Below, in pieces: positions 61,400-64,000 of a stretch of 64,000 nt of DNA; positions within the stretch are counted from its first letter, which is position 1, and each line of letters begins with the position of its first letter. A program made the position numbers and the translations under genes. This stretch comes from Ascoidea asiatica JCM 7603 (Eukaryota > Fungi > Ascomycota). Under the pieces are notes generated by a model that was not told the DNA's origin, did no database searches, and saw nothing but the letters and a program-made list of their open reading frames with translations. The stretch is from NCBI GenBank assembly GCA_001600695.1, contig BCKQ01000005.1:494093-558092 (forward strand). Direction: 5' to 3'.

Positions 61400-61981
61400 G
61401 TGAGAGAATCCGAATAAATTGCATTTTTTTCAAGTCTCCAAATATTTTCCACCGTTTTCCACTGGTTTCCACTGTTTTTTTCCCACTGTTTTCCCTGCAC
61501 TTAATTTTTTAACCCTTTCACAGTCCACACTCAAAAACTTTCTTCAAATTTGATTTTACATTTTAATATATTATTTATCTAACAAAAATATATTCGCCCA
61601 ATATTATATAATCAAGTAGATAAATGAATGAATGAATGAATAAATAAATAAATAAATGAACGAACTAATCCATTGAAAAATTAATTAAGTAAATAAGTAA
61701 TTAAATAAAAAATAAATAAAAAACTTCGATTATAATATAAAGATTATTAGTTGAGATCAAATTTGATTCATTCAATATAATTTTTTAATAATAATTATCA
61801 TATTAAACAATTAAAATATAATGGTATCTTTAACTACTAAATTGTATTCAATAAAATATTAATTTAATATCCCTTTAATTCTTTACTTCTTCAATCATAT
61901 TCATAATTGCTTTATATATCCTTCAATCACTAAAGCATTCAATCATTCAATCATTTAATTATTCAAGTAATTTCCTAAATA

Positions 61982-64000
61982 ATGTTATCCTCTATTATTC
62001 TTTCTTTTTTATTCAATTTTGCAATTGTCATAGCTTCAGTTCTATTAAAGACTTATAATTCAAATTCAAATTTAAATTCAAATCAATTAAAACCAGTTAC
62101 AAAATTTGTAAATTATCGAAATCAAAATAATAATAAATTTCTTAATGATCATAATAATCTTGATAATAATATACTCAGTGTTAAGAAAGATCGAATACTT
62201 TTATCAAGTAATAAAGTCATAGAAGATTTAGATATAACTAATCTTGTTATAATATCTCATGTTGATGGTTCTTTATCTGGTCTCAATAGAGAAACCGGTG
62301 AAATAATTTGGAACTTAAATTCAAATATTTCCTCAACTACAACTACAAATTCAAATTCAAACTCAAACTCAAAAAATAACTCATCAGAAGGGTTTTGGAT
62401 TGTTGAACCTCATGATGATGGATCTTTATTTTATTTTAATAACTTAAATGGTTTAACAAAAATTCCAATCTCAATTAATGATTTAATAAATTGTTCTCCT
62501 TTTACTTTATCAGATGATAAAATATTTACTGGAATTAAAAAAACTTCTTTAATTTCAATTAATCCAAAAAATGGTAAAATTATAAACTCTTTTGGCTCAA
62601 ATATAAATAATAATCAATTTATTAATCAATGTCATTCAATTCATTTTGATTTAAATAATCTTAATGATTTAAATGATATGAGTAATATAAATGGTATAAA
62701 TAATATAAATAATATAAATAATATAAATGATATGAATGATAAAAATAATCTAAATAACATTAATAATATAGATCCTTTGAATAATGAAAACAAGAATAAT
62801 AACCATAATAACAATAATAACAAAAAAAACAAAAATAATGAAAACGATTGTGTAAATTTAATCAATATAGGTAGAACCGATTATCATTTAACAATAACCT
62901 CAAAATCTGATAATTCTTCAGTAGTTAATATAATATATACAAAATGGAATGAAGATAATATCAATCAAGATCTAATACTTCAAAATAAAAAAAATTCAGT
63001 TGATGGTGTTTTTATTTTTCCATTTAATGATAATTCGCTATTATCTTTAGATAGTTTAACTGCAACTCCAAAATGGATAACTTCCTTAGAATCTCCTTGT
63101 GTAGATGTATTTGATATTTTCAAAGATGATAATAATGATTATGATAATAATAATATTATCAAGAATAACAAAAATAAAAAAAATGATTTTAATCAATATA
63201 TCTTAATTTCTCATCCAATAAATCCAAAATTAACTCAAAATCATAAAACTCAAAATAAAAATAATCAAAACGATAAAATTGATAATGAAAATGAAAAAGT
63301 TTACTTAGGTGTAACTGCAGATGGTTCTTGGTTCGCAATGTCTGAATCTTATTATCCTGCTTTAGTTAATAGTGTTCCATTATCGGAATATTATAAAAAT
63401 AAATTAGCTGATCCAGATTATCCACATTTGAAACCAAATTTAACTCCAAATTCGAATTCTAATTCAATTAATAATGATGAATTTTTTTTACCAACTGAAT
63501 TAATTATGGGGGTTCACAGACAATTATCTGATTCAGAATTTATGAAAAGTTCAAAAAGTTTTTCATCTTCAACTACTTCTTCTTATTCTGCAAACTCAAA
63601 TTTGCCTCTTTTAATAAGAGATAGAATAATTGAAAATCCATCATATTCTCCAAGAATAACTACTTCTCCTGATTATATTATTTCCGACGATGATTTTGAG
63701 GATGATTTCGATGATAGATACTCTAATCCGTCTAAAAGAATTCTTGCTATTGACCCACCAGAAAATTTTAACTCATTATATTATCAAAATTCATTAAAAT
63801 TCAAAAAATTATCTTATTTTCAAACATTTATTGGATTTTGTTGGAGAATGGCAGAAAATTTTTTAATGATGTCTCTCATTTTCACAATCTTATTTTTATT
63901 ATCTAAATTTCAGATTATTCCCCCCTTAACTGAAATTATTTACAATTTTGGGTTCTTAAGAAGAACTCATAAACAAGTTGAATTAGCTAAAAAATATAAA
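61982..64000 (+). CDS. IRE1: Ire1 ER-stress sensor: signal peptide, luminal domain and transmembrane helix (kinase/RNase lies beyond the window)
   Basis: Open to the window end. IISHVDGSLSGLNRETGEIIW, WIVEPHDDGSLFYF...KIPISINDLINCSPF, IFTGIKKTS, IGRTDY, and TM WRMAENFLMMSLIFTILFLLSKFQIIPPL. Confidence 0.93.
   Translation, partial: MLSSIILSFLFNFAIVIASVLLKTYNSNSNLNSNQLKPVTKFVNYRNQNNNKFLNDHNNLDNNILSVKKDRILLSSNKVIEDLDITNLVIISHVDGSLSGLNRETGEIIWNLNSNISSTTTTNSNSNSNSKNNSSEGFWIVEPHDDGSLFYFNNLNGLTKIPISINDLINCSPFTLSDDKIFTGIKKTSLISINPKNGKIINSFGSNINNNQFINQCHSIHFDLNNLNDLNDMSNINGINNINNINNINDMNDKNNLNNINNIDPLNNENKNNNHNNNNNKKNKNNENDCVNLINIGRTDYHLTITSKSDNSSVVNIIYTKWNEDNINQDLILQNKKNSVDGVFIFPFNDNSLLSLDSLTATPKWITSLESPCVDVFDIFKDDNNDYDNNNIIKNNKNKKNDFNQYILISHPINPKLTQNHKTQNKNNQNDKIDNENEKVYLGVTADGSWFAMSESYYPALVNSVPLSEYYKNKLADPDYPHLKPNLTPNSNSNSINNDEFFLPTELIMGVHRQLSDSEFMKSSKSFSSSTTSSYSANSNLPLLIRDRIIENPSYSPRITTSPDYIISDDDFEDDFDDRYSNPSKRILAIDPPENFNSLYYQNSLKFKKLSYFQTFIGFCWRMAENFLMMSLIFTILFLLSKFQIIPPLTEIIYNFGFLRRTHKQVELAKKYK

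Overview
This is AT-rich, gene-dense nuclear DNA from a budding yeast (Saccharomycotina). Its style resembles Ascoidea/CUG-reassigned lineages (poly-Asn-inflated proteins, GTAAGT/GTATGT...TACTAAC...YAG introns, rare in-frame CTG); that assignment is inference. There are about 21 protein genes: HEL2 (3' part), PEX10, ARO1, MXR1, SDD2/PDCD5, RPD3, POS5, PSP1-family, RAD30, an OLE1/OLE2-type desaturase, RQC1, IPI1, a Dep1/Sds3-like gene, SIZ1, STE14 (3 exons), an atypical Ras-family GTPase (2 exons), a SUN/UTH1-type gene, an orphan, GPI8, ITC1 (2 exons), SAE3, a TDG/MUG glycosylase and IRE1 (5' part, absent from the ORF track). I found no tRNA, rRNA, CRISPR or intact mobile element. Notable items the ORF track does not show: (1) a box C/D snoRNA (snR67) inside an intron of an apparently non-coding host transcribed divergently from RPD3; (2) a Ras paralog with degenerate G2/G3 boxes next to the CAAX methyltransferase gene; (3) a Gpi8 that stops before its membrane anchor, with a hydrophobic tail encoded in the +1 frame directly across the stop; (4) a desaturase with a His-box substitution; (5) CTG codons at positions suggesting a non-Leu meaning; (6) an 11-bp tandem array and a GC-rich island upstream of IRE1 that overlaps the TDG 3' end. 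Homology calls come from remembered motifs, not database searches.
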